Source: Terriglobia bacterium (lineage in GTDB: Bacteria > Acidobacteriota > Polarisedimenticolia > Polarisedimenticolales > JAIQFR01). Taken from it: 64,000 bases of DNA. Below the pieces are notes generated by a model. The model searched no databases. It saw only the letters and a list, made by a program, of their open reading frames with translations, and was not told the DNA's origin. A program made the position numbers and the translations under genes. How positions within the stretch are numbered: the first letter of the stretch is position 1; every line of letters begins with the position of its first letter. Below, piece after piece: positions 1-12,957 of the stretch. The stretch lies in assembly GCA_963748015.1 (NCBI GenBank), contig CAVVHE010000006.1:32001-96000 (forward strand). The letters run 5' to 3'.

Positions 1-500
1 ACGCTCGCGCCGAGGGAGATGACAAGCTCGTCCAGCTGCTCGAACGTCTCGTGCATCCCATCCGTACTCCCGGAGGCGTCGAGCGCTTCCTTCGAGGGAT
101 GGAGGTCGTGCATGACCACCCGTGTCTTGCCACCTTGATCTTCGAAGGTCACCGTTGTGACCGCCCCATCGTCGCCCCCTTCCTCGTTCGTCCAGACGAG
201 GCGCGCGTGCGGGGTCACTTCGAGGTACCTGCCGTAGAACGCCATCTCCGAGCCCTCGTGACTGAATACGAGCCGGTACCGGCCCCCGACACGCACATCC
301 AACTCGCAGGACAGCAGGGACAGGCCGAACGACTTCGGAACCCACCACCGCTCGAACAGCTCGGGTTTGGTCCACGCCTCGAACACGATGCGGGCTGGCC
401 CGTTGATGGTTCGCGTGACGACGATCTCACGCTCGGACTTCCGTTCCACCGTCGTGCGGTTCTTCATGGGGATGGGCTCACTCTCTCTTCTTGCGTCCAT
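1..500 (-). CDS. SRPBCC/AHSA1 (START-like) domain protein, 3' end runs off the window
   Basis: Manual translation, not in the ORF track: MDARRESEPIPMKNRTTVERKSEREIVVTRTINGPARIVFEAWTKPELFERWWVPKSFG...LDVRVGGRYRLVF. Overlaps the ArsR stop, the usual ArsR-SRPBCC operon. Confidence 0.9.
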   Translation of the reverse strand, partial: MDARRESEPIPMKNRTTVERKSEREIVVTRTINGPARIVFEAWTKPELFERWWVPKSFGLSLLSCELDVRVGGRYRLVFSHEGSEMAFYGRYLEVTPHARLVWTNEEGGDDGAVTTVTFEDQGGKTRVVMHDLHPSKEALDASGSTDGMHETFEQLDELVISLGAS

Positions 501-843
501 GGACCTTCTCCTTCCGTTTCAGCTCCTCTACAATCCCGTCCAACTCGTCGAAGCGTGCATTCCAGCGCTGGCGTTGCCTCTCGATCCACTCCGTCTCGTG
601 CTCCAGCCGGCGCGGCCCGAGCTTGCAGGTCCGCACGCGACCGATCTTCTCTGTGGTCACGAGACCGGCCTGCTCCAAGACGCCGACGTGCTTCTTCATA
701 CCCGTCAACGTCATGTGGAACTTCCCGGCAAGGTCGGTGATCGAAGCGTCTGCGCGGCTGAGCTGCTCCAGAACGCCGCGCCTTGTGGCGTCCGAGAGCG
801 CGGCGAACGAGGCATCGAGGCGGGCTGTCGTATACTGAACCAT
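478..843 (-). CDS. ArsR/SmtB family transcriptional regulator
   Basis: LDASFAALSDATRRGVLEQL...KHVGVLEQAGLVTTEKIGRVRTC winged HTH. Confidence 0.92.
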   Translation of the reverse strand: MVQYTTARLDASFAALSDATRRGVLEQLSRADASITDLAGKFHMTLTGMKKHVGVLEQAGLVTTEKIGRVRTCKLGPRRLEHETEWIERQRQRWNARFDELDGIVEELKRKEKVHGRKKRE

Positions 844-855
844 ACGGTTCAGTAT
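832..855. promoter_or_regulatory. Putative ArsR autoregulatory operator
   Basis: Perfect inverted repeat ATACTGAACC-ATAC-GGTTCAGTAT overlapping the ArsR start codon. Confidence 0.75.
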
Positions 856-1466
856 TTACCACACGACTGGGCCGCATGCAAGGAGCGATTCGAATACACG
901 TTCGCGTCGGAATCCGTCGATCTAGACTCGCACAATTCACGCACAGTGCGCGCTAAGTCGCTTGTTCGTAGTGACTTGACAGCGCGCACGGGATTCAAGA
1001 CCCCGTGCGTCTGGCACCGGTTGTGCGCGTTTTGTCCGTGTGCCCGGCACGGTGCCGTGTCGGGACGGGCCGTGACGCGGCCTGGAACTGTCAGGCGCGT
1101 ACGGCATGGAACGTACGGAACGACATGGCAGGCACTCGGACCGGTGCGGAAAATCCCCTTCCCGCAGGGGAGTCCGGGTTCGATCTCGGCAAGGGTGCTC
1201 TCGCGATCGCGCTCGAGGGCAGCAAGGCGCGCTTCCTCCTTGGCGAGGCGTCGAACGAGGTCGGCGCGGGACGAACCCATGGACCCATCACTCCGAGGAC
1301 CTTCGATCGAGGCTTCCCGACGTGTTGGCATGGTTCACGTGCGAAAGTATGCCCCGGCTGTGGATGAACAGGCGGCAAGAATCCGGCGTGGTGAACCCTG
1401 CTTCGGAGCAAGATGTGCGCCGGAGCCTCGAGATCGCCTGTTCATGGGCCGCCGTTCGAAACCACG

Positions 1467-1495
1467 TTGACGGAGGACTGAATTCAGACTATATT
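1467..1495 (+). promoter_or_regulatory. Sigma-70 promoter of the TA operon with a palindromic operator in the spacer
   Basis: TTGACG (1467-1472), 17-bp spacer containing palindrome CTGAATTCAG (1478-1487), TATATT (1490-1495); RBS GGAGG at 1513. Confidence 0.75.
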
Positions 1496-1522
1496 CGGAC
1501 TGTTATTGAACCGGAGGTTGAC

Positions 1523-1816
1523 GTGAAGGAAGTACAAGTGTCCGATGGCATCGTTCCGCTCGGCGAGTTCAAGTCGCGAGCGGCCAGACTCCTCAAGCGC
1601 CTCGGGGAATCGGGTCAGCCTATGGTGATCACCCAGAACGGGCGGCCGGCCGGAGTGCTGGTGTCGCCCAAGGAATTTGACCGGATTCAAGAGCGGCAAC
1701 GGTTCCTGGAGTCGATCGCCGCCGGACTGGCGGACGCCGAAGCGGGCAGAGTTATCGACACGTCCGCGCTCCGGAAGCTGATTCGATCGCGGCGCGCGAA
1801 GCGTACCCGCACATGA
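1523..1816 (+). CDS. Phd/YefM family antitoxin
   Basis: GTG start after GGAGG; IVPLGEFKSRAARLLKRLGESGQPMVITQNGRPAGVLVSPKEF; ATGA overlap with the toxin gene. Confidence 0.9.
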   Translation: MKEVQVSDGIVPLGEFKSRAARLLKRLGESGQPMVITQNGRPAGVLVSPKEFDRIQERQRFLESIAAGLADAEAGRVIDTSALRKLIRSRRAKRTRT

Positions 1817-2121
1817 GAGTGGTCTGGACCGAGCAGGCTTGGCGGCGCCTTTCCGAGATCGAGGAGTTCATCGCACGAGAGCGTCCCGCCGCGGCTGCGA
1901 AGCTTGTCGACAAGCTCGTCGATCGCGGCGACGCGCTCGCGACGTATCCCGACCGCGGACGGAGGCTACCTGAGCTCCCGGGCAGTGGTTTACGGGAACT
2001 CGTCGTAGACGACTACCGCATCGTCTATCGGCGGACCGCGAGCACCATCGAAGTTCTCACCGTGTTCGAAGGCCACCGGCTGCTCCGTCGCAAGGAACTT
2101 CCCGGCACCAGGGGTCTTTAA
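1813..2121 (+). CDS. RelE/ParE family type II toxin
   Basis: MRVVWTEQAWRRLSEIEEFIA...YPDRGRRLPEL...LRELVVDDYRIVYR...IEVLTVFEG. Confidence 0.9.
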   Translation: MRVVWTEQAWRRLSEIEEFIARERPAAAAKLVDKLVDRGDALATYPDRGRRLPELPGSGLRELVVDDYRIVYRRTASTIEVLTVFEGHRLLRRKELPGTRGL

Positions 2122-2346
2122 CGAGTCACAGCGATTGGACGCAATGCGATGGCGAGCACGGGTGGCTCGATGGAGGCTCTTCGCCCGCCGCCGCGAGATC
2201 GTCTAGACTCTTCTCTGCAAGGCGCGGAGAACTGACCAAGGAAAAGCCCGGTCGCCGCTGCTCCCGCTTGCGTTGCTCTGGTTCGGCGGGGGGTAGCTGT
2301 TCGTGCTGCCGCATGCCGCGCGGTGGCGGAGCCGGAGGACGAGCTC

Positions 2347-2928
2347 ATGACACGATCGACCGCGAAGACCCCGGATTCTCCCGGAATCCGCTTCAGCGCG
2401 ACGCTCCACAGGCCGGCGGAGCCGAAGTCCGCGTCCTGGGCGTTTCTGACCCTGCCGAAGCGGGCCAGTTCGAAGATGCCCTCGCGGGGCATGGTGTCGG
2501 TGCAGGGCACCATCAATGGCTCACCCCTTCGGGCGACGCTGAGGCCGGATGGCCGGGGCGGGCACTGGCTCAAGGTGGACGGGACGATACGGAAGGCCGC
2601 GGGCGCGGATGTGGGCGATGCCGTCACGCTGGAGATTGCGCCGGTCGCGCCCGATCAGGAGCCTGAGCCGGACGTGCCCGCCGATCTGCGGAAGGCGCTG
2701 GCGGCTGCGTCAGCGAAGACCCTGGAGGCGTGGGTGGACATCACCCCTGCCGCGCGGCGCGATTTCGTGTTCTGGGTAGTTTCGGCGAAGCAGTCGGAGA
2801 CCCGGGCGCGGCGGGTCGGGAATGCCTGCGACATGCTGGCGAAGGGGAAGCGGCGGCCATGCTGCTTCGATCGATCGGGGATGTATGCCAAGAGCCTGAG
2901 CTGCCCTGTCGCCGCGGACGAGAAGTGA
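2347..2928 (+). CDS. DUF1905 + YdeI/OmdA-associated domain protein
   Basis: WAFLTLP...GMVSVQGTING...DGRGGHWLKV (DUF1905) followed by VPADLRKAL...AKQSETRARR (OmdA/YdeI); ATG at 2347 after GGAGG. Confidence 0.85.
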   Translation: MTRSTAKTPDSPGIRFSATLHRPAEPKSASWAFLTLPKRASSKMPSRGMVSVQGTINGSPLRATLRPDGRGGHWLKVDGTIRKAAGADVGDAVTLEIAPVAPDQEPEPDVPADLRKALAAASAKTLEAWVDITPAARRDFVFWVVSAKQSETRARRVGNACDMLAKGKRRPCCFDRSGMYAKSLSCPVAADEK

Positions 2929-2941
2929 GGCGCGTCCCCCG

Positions 2942-3337
2942 ATGACGATCCACAAGGACATCGTCGCGTACCACGCGGCCCAGCCGGGGAGCGAGAAGCG
3001 CATCTGCGACGTCCTCGCGAAGGCGATCGATCTACATCTTCCAGGCGCGGAGAACAAGATCTGGCACCAGCACCCGGTGTGGTTCCTCGACGGGAACCCG
3101 ATCGTCGGGTATAGCAAGCTCAAGGATTGCATTCGCCTGCTGTTCTGGAGCGGGCAGTCGTTCGACGAGCCGGGTCTGGCGGCCGAAGGCAGCTTCAAGG
3201 CGGCGGAGACGCGGTACACGTCGGTCGATCAGATCGTCGCCGCGGATCTCGAGCGGTGGCTGAAGAAGGCGGTCGAGATCCAGTGGGACTACAAGAACAT
3301 CGTGAAGCGCAGGGGGAGGCTCGAGCGATCAAGATAG
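2942..3337 (+). CDS. DUF1801 (YdhG-like) domain protein
   Basis: LPGAENKIWHQHPVWFLDGNPIVGYSKLKDCIRLLFWSGQSF. Confidence 0.85.
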   Translation: MTIHKDIVAYHAAQPGSEKRICDVLAKAIDLHLPGAENKIWHQHPVWFLDGNPIVGYSKLKDCIRLLFWSGQSFDEPGLAAEGSFKAAETRYTSVDQIVAADLERWLKKAVEIQWDYKNIVKRRGRLERSR

Positions 3338-3555
3338 CTCACTGTGAAGACGCTGCTCGTCGAGCCGCCGTTCGCCGGGAGGCCGAATGATTCAGTCGGC
3401 ACCGTGACCGGGATGGCGGGGGCGTGCTCGTGCTCGCGCACGGTAGTCGATGGACGTCTCGCCCGCGCATGAGCACTCGAGGCAGCCATGGGTCGCGCAC
3501 ACGCCGCAGCGCCGCTCGAGCTGCGTTGACCCGCCCCCGTCCATCGTACCAGTGC

Positions 3556-4440
3556 CTATGTTAGTCTAAGCGCCATTGCCGGCGGGTGGAGCGCGGCGGA
3601 AACCGATGGCAATGGAGCGGTCGCGACCGGGGCCGGTCGACGGTACCCCAACGTACTGTGCGGTCGAATCGTGTTGTACTCCCGCCGCCACCGCTCGACG
3701 AGAACCTTGGCCTCGGCCAGCGTGTAGAAGATCTCACGGTCGAGCAACTCGTCCCTGAATTTCCCGTTGAAGGATTCCACGTACCCATTCTCCCATGGGC
3801 TGCCGGGCTCGAAGAAGAGCGTCTGCACTCCGAGCCGCTCGAGCCACACCCGAACGAGCTCGGAGGTGAACTCCGGACCGTTGTCCGACCGGATGTGTTC
3901 CGGGACCCCACGCTCGATGAATAGTTCCGACAGGTGCTCCAGCACGTCGATGGACCGCATCCGCCGCTCCACGTGAATCGCCAGACACTCCCTTGTGTAT
4001 TCGTCGACGATGCTGAGAAGCTTCATCGGTCGCCCATCGTGGGTCCGCTCCACCATGAAGTCGTACGACCACACGTGGTTCGGTCACTCGGGTCTCCGTC
4101 GAATGCACGAGCCGTCGTTGAGCCACAACCGACCCCGTTTCGGCTGCTTCTGCGGCACACGGAGCCCTTCTCGTCGCCCTAGCCGCTCCACGCGTTTGTG
4201 ATTTGCTCGCCATCCCTCATGGCGAAGAAGAGCCGTGATCCGTCGATAACCGTACCGACCGTACTCCGTCGCCGGTTCGATAATGCGGCTCACCAGCCGG
4301 GGCTCATCGCTTCGACGGGTGGCACGGTGCCGGTGGGTCGATCGCGACTGAGCCACCACCCGACAGGCCCGGCGCTCCGACACGCGCAAAACACGACGAA
4401 CATGTTCCACCGCGCGCCGTCGTCGGTCCGGGCTCAGCAT
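3556..4440 (-). pseudogene. IS3 transposase OrfB (DDE/rve integrase core) with in-frame TGA at 4084-4086
   Basis: YGRYGYRRITALL...RRRPE*PNHVWSYDF...IVDEYTRECL...IRSDNGPEF...SPWENGYVESFNGKFRDE; both ORF-track pieces are in the same frame. Confidence 0.88.
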
Positions 4441-4712
4441 CTTCCCGAGGACACCTCCTTCAGAATCGCTATGTCGATCGCCTGGTCAGCCACCAGCCTC
4501 TTCAGCCGGGCATTCTCCCGTTCCAGGCTTTTCAGACGCTTCGCCTGCTCCAGGCGCAAACCGCCGTATTCTCGCCGCCAGCAGTAGTACGTCTGCTCGC
4601 TGACCCCCAGTTTCTTGCAGACCTGCGGTGTCGTCTGTCCCCTCGCCAGATCGACGTCGGCCTCACGAATCTTCGCGACGATCTGCTCCGGTGTTTACCG
4701 CTTCTTCGCCAT
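4434..4712 (-). pseudogene. IS3 transposase OrfA (HTH_Tnp_1) with TAA at codon 6
   Basis: MAKKR*TPEQIVAKIREADVDLARGQTTPQVCKKLGVSEQTYYCWRREYGGLRLEQAKRLKSLERENARLKRLVAD. Confidence 0.85.
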
Positions 4713-4903
4713 CCTCAACCCCCTTGCCAGCCCGGCGGAAACGGTCAATTCTAACCGTCGCGCTGGACCGATCTAATGGGGGCGGGTCACGCGCGAGATT
4801 GAGGCTCGCTTCGCTCGCTGGCGACTGCGAGTCCCGGCTCCGGCGCCAAGATGTCATCCGCGCGGCGGGATCAGCGCGGCCAATGGCACGGTTCGCAAGT
4901 CAC

Positions 4904-5764
4904 TCAGGCCGGAGTCCCGAGCCTCGCGAACACCCGGCCGGCGATCTCGGCCGCGGAAGCGCCCCCGCCGCCCGTGGTGCGCACCGCGAGCACCCATCGC
5001 GGCTCGGCGAGCGGAGCGAACGCCGCGAACTTCTTCTCCGCGTCGGCTCCGGGGAGCGTCCCGGTCTTCCCGGCGACGTCAAGGCCCGGCACGTTCGCGG
5101 CCGTGGCCGTCCCGCGTAGGACCGCCTCGCGCCAGCCGCGCCTCACCGCGGCGAGCGCCGTGTCGGCGGGATCGGCGAACGCCACCGCGCGAGCGAGGCG
5201 AGCAAGTTCCTCGCAGCCGGTCGCGAGAAGCGTGCCGTGCGCGTACGCGTCGAGGCGCTCGAGGAGGTTCGAGGGCTTCGCGGCGAGACGATCCGAGAGC
5301 CCGCCGAGCCGGTCGCAGGCCTCACGGTACGACTCCCAGGTCAGCCGCGCGCCGACCTTCTCGAAGAATGAGTTGCAGGACAAAGCCAGCGCGTCGATCA
5401 CCGTGATCGCGCCATGTCCGTCGGGGATCCAGCCGTCGCCGTCGCAGAGGATTCTCTCGTCCTCGCCGAGCAGACCGCCCCGGAGCGCCGCGTAGGCACA
5501 GAACGTCTTGGAGACCGATGCGGCGGGAGTGCGCTCGGGAAGGGGCCGACCCCGCATCTCGGCGTGGAGCGGCTCGAGCGATCGGGCGTCATAAACGACG
5601 TAGGCGCCCCGGTCCTTGCCTGCCATCACGGGACCGTTGGGAACGGGTGGCAGCCCGCGCGGCGCCGGTGCAGCAGCCGCGCGCCCCGCGCCGGCCGGGA
5701 GCGCCGGGGCAACCATCGCTCCGACTACGAGTCCCAGGAACTCCCGTCGCCGCGTCGTCGTCAC
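4904..5764 (-). CDS. Stand-alone penicillin-binding transpeptidase domain protein with Tat signal
   Basis: TRRREFL twin-arginine leader; SxxK (ASVSK), SxN (SCN) and KTG motifs; GTG start after GGGGAGG. Confidence 0.75.
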   Translation of the reverse strand: MTTTRRREFLGLVVGAMVAPALPAGAGRAAAAPAPRGLPPVPNGPVMAGKDRGAYVVYDARSLEPLHAEMRGRPLPERTPAASVSKTFCAYAALRGGLLGEDERILCDGDGWIPDGHGAITVIDALALSCNSFFEKVGARLTWESYREACDRLGGLSDRLAAKPSNLLERLDAYAHGTLLATGCEELARLARAVAFADPADTALAAVRRGWREAVLRGTATAANVPGLDVAGKTGTLPGADAEKKFAAFAPLAEPRWVLAVRTTGGGGASAAEIAGRVFARLGTPA

Positions 5765-5927
5765 GACCCACCTCCCCTCGGGCTCGCACGTTCCGGAGAT
5801 GCTGCCCGCTCGCGGCGACGCCGTCAATGTGCCGGCCAGCCGTGTCGCGGCTCCGCCACGACGCGGAGGCAATGGGTCGATCAAATTCGGTCTGGGCTGC
5901 TCGAATTATTTCAGGAACTTCGTCATC

Positions 5928-9341
<3,414 letters not shown>

Positions 9342-9564
9342 TCACAACGTGATAAAGCTCGACGCGAGGGACCGCGCGCCCCTCTTCACCGAGATCATCT
9401 TGCCTGCTCCGGGCTCCGGGTAGGGACTCCCACCCGCCGACTATCGAGGCGCGCTCGGGATCAGGACGTCTGGGTGGGGTCCTTGCGCCCGAGGACCTCC
9501 CCCATCACGTCGAGCCGGCGACGGATCTCCTGGATCCGAGCCAACGGATCGCCGGCCGCGCGGG

Positions 9565-10155
9565 TTACCGGTAGAGAGCGATTCGGGCGATGGCCACATC
9601 GGCAGTGCCGTCCCATTTCGCGGCCGCGATGGCCACGCGCTCAAGGCGGGTCGGGTCGAGCGGAGCTCGAAGGTTCTCGCCGCGAAAGGCGGCGAACGGG
9701 ATCTCGACCTCGCGCCAACCTTCCGCGGTGGGGACGGGGGCTTGGTAGTACTGCCACGGCAGGCGCGTGTCGGCCGTGCGCAGATGAATCGAGTACGCCC
9801 GGCCGTTCCCGGTCACGGTGATGCGGAAGCCCCGGTAGCCGCCGGCGTCCAGCGGCCCCTTCGCGCCGCCGAGAGGAAGGGCCATCTGGATGAAACCCCC
9901 GCGATTCTCCAGGGAGACCTCGCCGCGAAGCCGGAGACAGGGGAGCGTCGCGAGAGTGTCCCGGGAGGCCGAGCCGCGCGAGACCCCGCCCATGACCCGG
10001 TCCGTGAACGCCCGCCATTCGGTGCCGAGCGCGGACCGCCCGTCCTCCCGCGAGAAGTCGTCGATGAGCATGATCGTGCGGTCCTCCGCGTTCACGCCGC
10101 CGGTTGGGGCGAAGAGGATCAGGGCGAGCAGGCACGCGCCAAGGCGAAGTCTCAC
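9565..10155 (-). CDS. CIA30/NDUFAF1 family protein with signal peptide
   Basis: WRAFTDRVMGGVSRG...LRGEVSLENRGGFIQ...RLPWQYY; GTG start overlapping the XRE stop (GTGA). Confidence 0.88.
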   Translation of the reverse strand: MRLRLGACLLALILFAPTGGVNAEDRTIMLIDDFSREDGRSALGTEWRAFTDRVMGGVSRGSASRDTLATLPCLRLRGEVSLENRGGFIQMALPLGGAKGPLDAGGYRGFRITVTGNGRAYSIHLRTADTRLPWQYYQAPVPTAEGWREVEIPFAAFRGENLRAPLDPTRLERVAIAAAKWDGTADVAIARIALYR

Positions 10156-10739
10156 GGCGCCGACACCACGATCGCCGCGCAGGGCTTCTTTCCCAACTTC
10201 CGATATCCGTGGGCCACGGAGGCGTCGAAGTACATGGCGTCGCCTTCTTCGAGCGTGTGCTCGTCCTTCCCGACTCGCACCTCGAGGTCTCCCCTCAGCA
10301 GATAGACGAGCTCGACCCCGGCGTGGTGGTGCCGACGGACCTTCTCCGCCGCCAGGGGATGGAACTCCGCGTAGTACGCGTTGAGTCGCCGGTCCTTCAC
10401 CGGAAAGTCCAGGCTCTCGAAGTGATAGGCGACGTCCTTGGAGTCGGGAGAATCCGGGAAGCTCTGCCGTTCTCTGCGCCGAACGACGGCGAGCACCGGT
10501 CCGCCCTCCTCGGCCGCGAAGAAGTGCTCCAGCCCGACGCTGTACACCATCGCGATCCGGAGGAGCGTGGGAAGGGTAGGAAACAGCTTCCCGTTCTCGA
10601 TCTTCGAGAGCAGCGCCGGCGACAGCCCGGTGTGCTTGCCCAGATCGACCAGCCCGATCTTCTTCCGGAGCCTGAGGGCCCGGAGCTTCTCCCCGATGGA
10701 GTACTTCGAAAGGCCGTCCTCGAGCGTTTTGGATAGCAT
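10152..10739 (-). CDS. XRE family HTH regulator with C-terminal cupin
   Basis: IGEKLRALRLRKKIGLVDLGKHTGLSPALLSKIENGKLFPTLPTL; HHHAGVELVYLLRG...FDASVAHGY. Confidence 0.92.
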   Translation of the reverse strand: MLSKTLEDGLSKYSIGEKLRALRLRKKIGLVDLGKHTGLSPALLSKIENGKLFPTLPTLLRIAMVYSVGLEHFFAAEEGGPVLAVVRRRERQSFPDSPDSKDVAYHFESLDFPVKDRRLNAYYAEFHPLAAEKVRRHHHAGVELVYLLRGDLEVRVGKDEHTLEEGDAMYFDASVAHGYRKLGKKPCAAIVVSAP

Positions 10740-10749
10740 GCCTCACCTC

Positions 10750-10857
10750 GTTTTGACTTTCATTCAAAACTCCGACCGGACTTTGATCCTGAATCACACG
10801 ACATTTGATTCTACGCTTGATTTGATTGCGGTGCAACAGTCGTTCACCTACAGTCAA
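10750..10857. promoter_or_regulatory. Divergent AT-rich control region with four TTGA-N7-TCAA-like boxes
   Basis: GTTTTGA-CTTTCAT-TCAAAAC (10750-10770), TTGA-TCCTGAA-TCAC (10783), TTGA-TTGCGGT-GCAA (10822), TTCA-CCTACAG-TCAA (10843). Confidence 0.6.
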
Positions 10858-10902
10858 AATCGGTGACAGAGAAATCTACCGACGCCAACAAGGAGTAGAC
10901 CC

Positions 10903-11397
10903 ATGAAGAGCTTCCTGAATAGATCCATTGCTGTAGCCGCCGTACTCGCCCTCGGGATCGTCGCGGCACAGGCCGGCCAGGCGCCGCAGAAGGACATCGT
11001 GGACACGGCGGTCGCCGCCGGGTCCTTCAACACGCTGGCCGCCTCGCTGAAGGCGGCCGGTCTCGTCGAAACCCTGAAGGGGAAGGGGCCGTTCACGGTC
11101 TTCGCGCCGACCGACGAGGCTTTCGCCAAGCTCCCGGCCGGCACCGTGGAGGACCTGCTCAAGCCCGAGAACAAGACCAAGCTCGTGTCGATCCTCACGT
11201 ACCACGTCGTTCCCGGAGCCGTTTCCTCCGGAGAGGTCGTCAAGATGACCTCCGCAAAGACGGTTCAGGGGCAGTCGGTGAAGATCTCCACCAAGGACGG
11301 CGGTGTGATGATCGACGGCGCCAAGGTCGTGAAGGCCGACGTAAAGGCTTCCAACGGTGTCATTCACGTGATCGACAGCGTGATCCTGCCGCAGTAG
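10903..11397 (+). CDS. Secreted fasciclin (FAS1) domain protein
   Basis: Signal peptide; [15 protein letters not shown]...[13 protein letters not shown]...ILTYHVV...[15 protein letters not shown]. Confidence 0.96.
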   Translation: MKSFLNRSIAVAAVLALGIVAAQAGQAPQKDIVDTAVAAGSFNTLAASLKAAGLVETLKGKGPFTVFAPTDEAFAKLPAGTVEDLLKPENKTKLVSILTYHVVPGAVSSGEVVKMTSAKTVQGQSVKISTKDGGVMIDGAKVVKADVKASNGVIHVIDSVILPQ

Positions 11398-11413
11398 GCG
11401 GACCCTCCAGGCT

Positions 11414-11444
11414 CGGGGAGGGCGCGGCCGTCGCGCCCTCCCCG
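11414..11444 (+). terminator. Strong intercistronic hairpin (terminator or mRNA stabiliser)
   Basis: 13-bp stem CGGGGAGGGCGCG/CGCGCCCTCCCCG with 5-nt loop; no U tract. Confidence 0.5.
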
Positions 11445-11466
11445 GGACCGTTTCGAAGGAGAAGAC

Positions 11467-12018
11467 GTGAAGCTCGCGATGGCACTCTGCGCAGTAGCTC
11501 TTCTCGCGGGGCCCGCTTCCGCGACGGGGGAGAAGAACATGTCCTTTCACGATCTCACCGCGAACACCCTGGAAGGAGCTTCGAGGCGACTTTCCGAGTA
11601 CAGGGGAAAGGTGCTCGTGGTGGTGAACACCGCCTCCGAGTGCGGCTTCACGCCTCAATACGCGGGACTCGAGCGGCTCTACGAGAGCTACAAGGACAGG
11701 GGAGTCGTCGTTCTCGGATTCCCCTCGAACGACTTCGGAGGCCAGGAGCCCGGCACCGCCGCTGAGATCAAGACGTTCTGTGAAAGGAAGTACCGAGTGA
11801 CGTTTCCGATGTTCGCCAAGGTGAGGACGAAAGGCGAGGGACAGTCGCCCGTCTACGAGTTCCTGACCGCCAAGCACGGCGAGCCCCAGTGGAACTTCCA
11901 CAAATACGTCGTCGGGAAAAACGGCCAGGTGCGCGCCGCGTTTGCCAGCGCCGTGACTCCGGACAGCAAGGAGCTGAAAGACGCGATCGAGGCGGCGTTA
12001 CGGAGCGACGCAAACTGA
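11467..12018 (+). CDS. Glutathione/thioredoxin peroxidase (Cys-type), predicted exported
   Basis: VVNTASECGFTPQY, LGFPSNDFGGQEPG, WNFHKYVV; signal-like N-terminus. Confidence 0.95.
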   Translation: MKLAMALCAVALLAGPASATGEKNMSFHDLTANTLEGASRRLSEYRGKVLVVVNTASECGFTPQYAGLERLYESYKDRGVVVLGFPSNDFGGQEPGTAAEIKTFCERKYRVTFPMFAKVRTKGEGQSPVYEFLTAKHGEPQWNFHKYVVGKNGQVRAAFASAVTPDSKELKDAIEAALRSDAN

Positions 12019-12040
12019 CGTTTCCTCCTACCTCCTGGCG

Positions 12041-12442
12041 TCACCTCAGGAGTCGCACGGCCCCGACGCCGATCACGGACACCGCACCGGTCAATAGCGC
12101 ACCCCACCCGAGGTCGATGACGGTGACGACGACGGGCCAATCACGTATCAGCGCCTGATTGGTCAGGTCGTAGGTCGCGTAGGTGACCAGCCCGAAGAAG
12201 GCGCCCGTCACGAACACGCGTCCCAGCGAACCGCTTGCTGCCAGGGGCAGCACGACGAAGTACGCCACGCCCGCGGCGAACACGAGGTAGAACGAGACTG
12301 CCGCCCACCAGCGAACGTCCGGCGCAAGGAGGTATCCCAGCTTGTGGGAGTAGAACCGCTTGGCCACCGCTCCGAGCCAGATGGCGTCCAGCACGAGGAT
12401 GCCCGCCAGCACCGCGGCGTAGGTAACGAGTATTTTTTTCAT
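12041..12442 (-). CDS. DUF2177 family membrane protein
   Basis: LDAIWLG...FYLVFAAG...GLVTYATYDLTNQA...IDLGWG. Confidence 0.88.
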   Translation of the reverse strand: MKKILVTYAAVLAGILVLDAIWLGAVAKRFYSHKLGYLLAPDVRWWAAVSFYLVFAAGVAYFVVLPLAASGSLGRVFVTGAFFGLVTYATYDLTNQALIRDWPVVVTVIDLGWGALLTGAVSVIGVGAVRLLR

Positions 12443-12957
12443 GAGGATAGCCTAGCTCAACTGCAGTCGTCTGCCGCACAGTGCTTGGCGGAACGCAAAT
12501 CGTACACCTGCGGCTTCGGGTCACCCGGAACAGCTTCTCCCGCTCGCCATCGATTGGACGTGTGGTCGCTCGTACCGTACGGACCGGCTCGAACTCGGCT
12601 TCCGAGCCGCACCCAGGTGTCCATCCGGGTCACCGCAACCCTCGAACGGCACGACCCTCCTCGAACTCCTCGTGGACTGGAAAGAGGGACGAATCGATGA
12701 GACGTCCATCAGGCGCCCTATTCTCGACCTCTTGAGATTCCCCGGCCTCGGGGCCGCGCAAGGTCGAGCCCTGCCTCCGGCGCCAGACGGACCTACAGCC
12801 TCTCTCTGCTGCAAGAAGAAGGGCCAGACCTCGCCATCTTCCGGCGCGACGCTCCGACCGAAGCGCCGTCGTCAAGAGCTGGAAGCCCCGCGAAATCGAA
12901 AAGGCGATATGATTCGATCACCCATGCCCTTCGGCAGGAGAACACGAAGGAGAATGA

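Larger units (their letters stand above)
3527..4789 (-). mobile_element. IS3-family insertion sequence (1263 bp), inactivated
   Basis: Terminal inverted repeats TGACCCGCCCCC at 3527 and (reverse) 4789 with 5'-TG...CA-3' ends; orfA/orfB organisation; no clean target-site duplication. Confidence 0.9.

Noticed and set aside
950..1140. tRNA-like fragment (GGATTCAAGACC) or att site
   Set aside because: No cloverleaf can be folded, and there is no integrase or second copy in the window
4084..4086. In-frame TGA as selenocysteine or programmed readthrough
   Set aside because: It lies in an IS whose orfA also has a TAA, so decay is simpler; the peroxidase at 11467 uses TGC (Cys), not Sec
12443..12957. 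Possible small gene or gene remnant upstream of the sulfatase
   Set aside because: No ORF with recognisable motifs or a clear RBS; cannot be supported without a search
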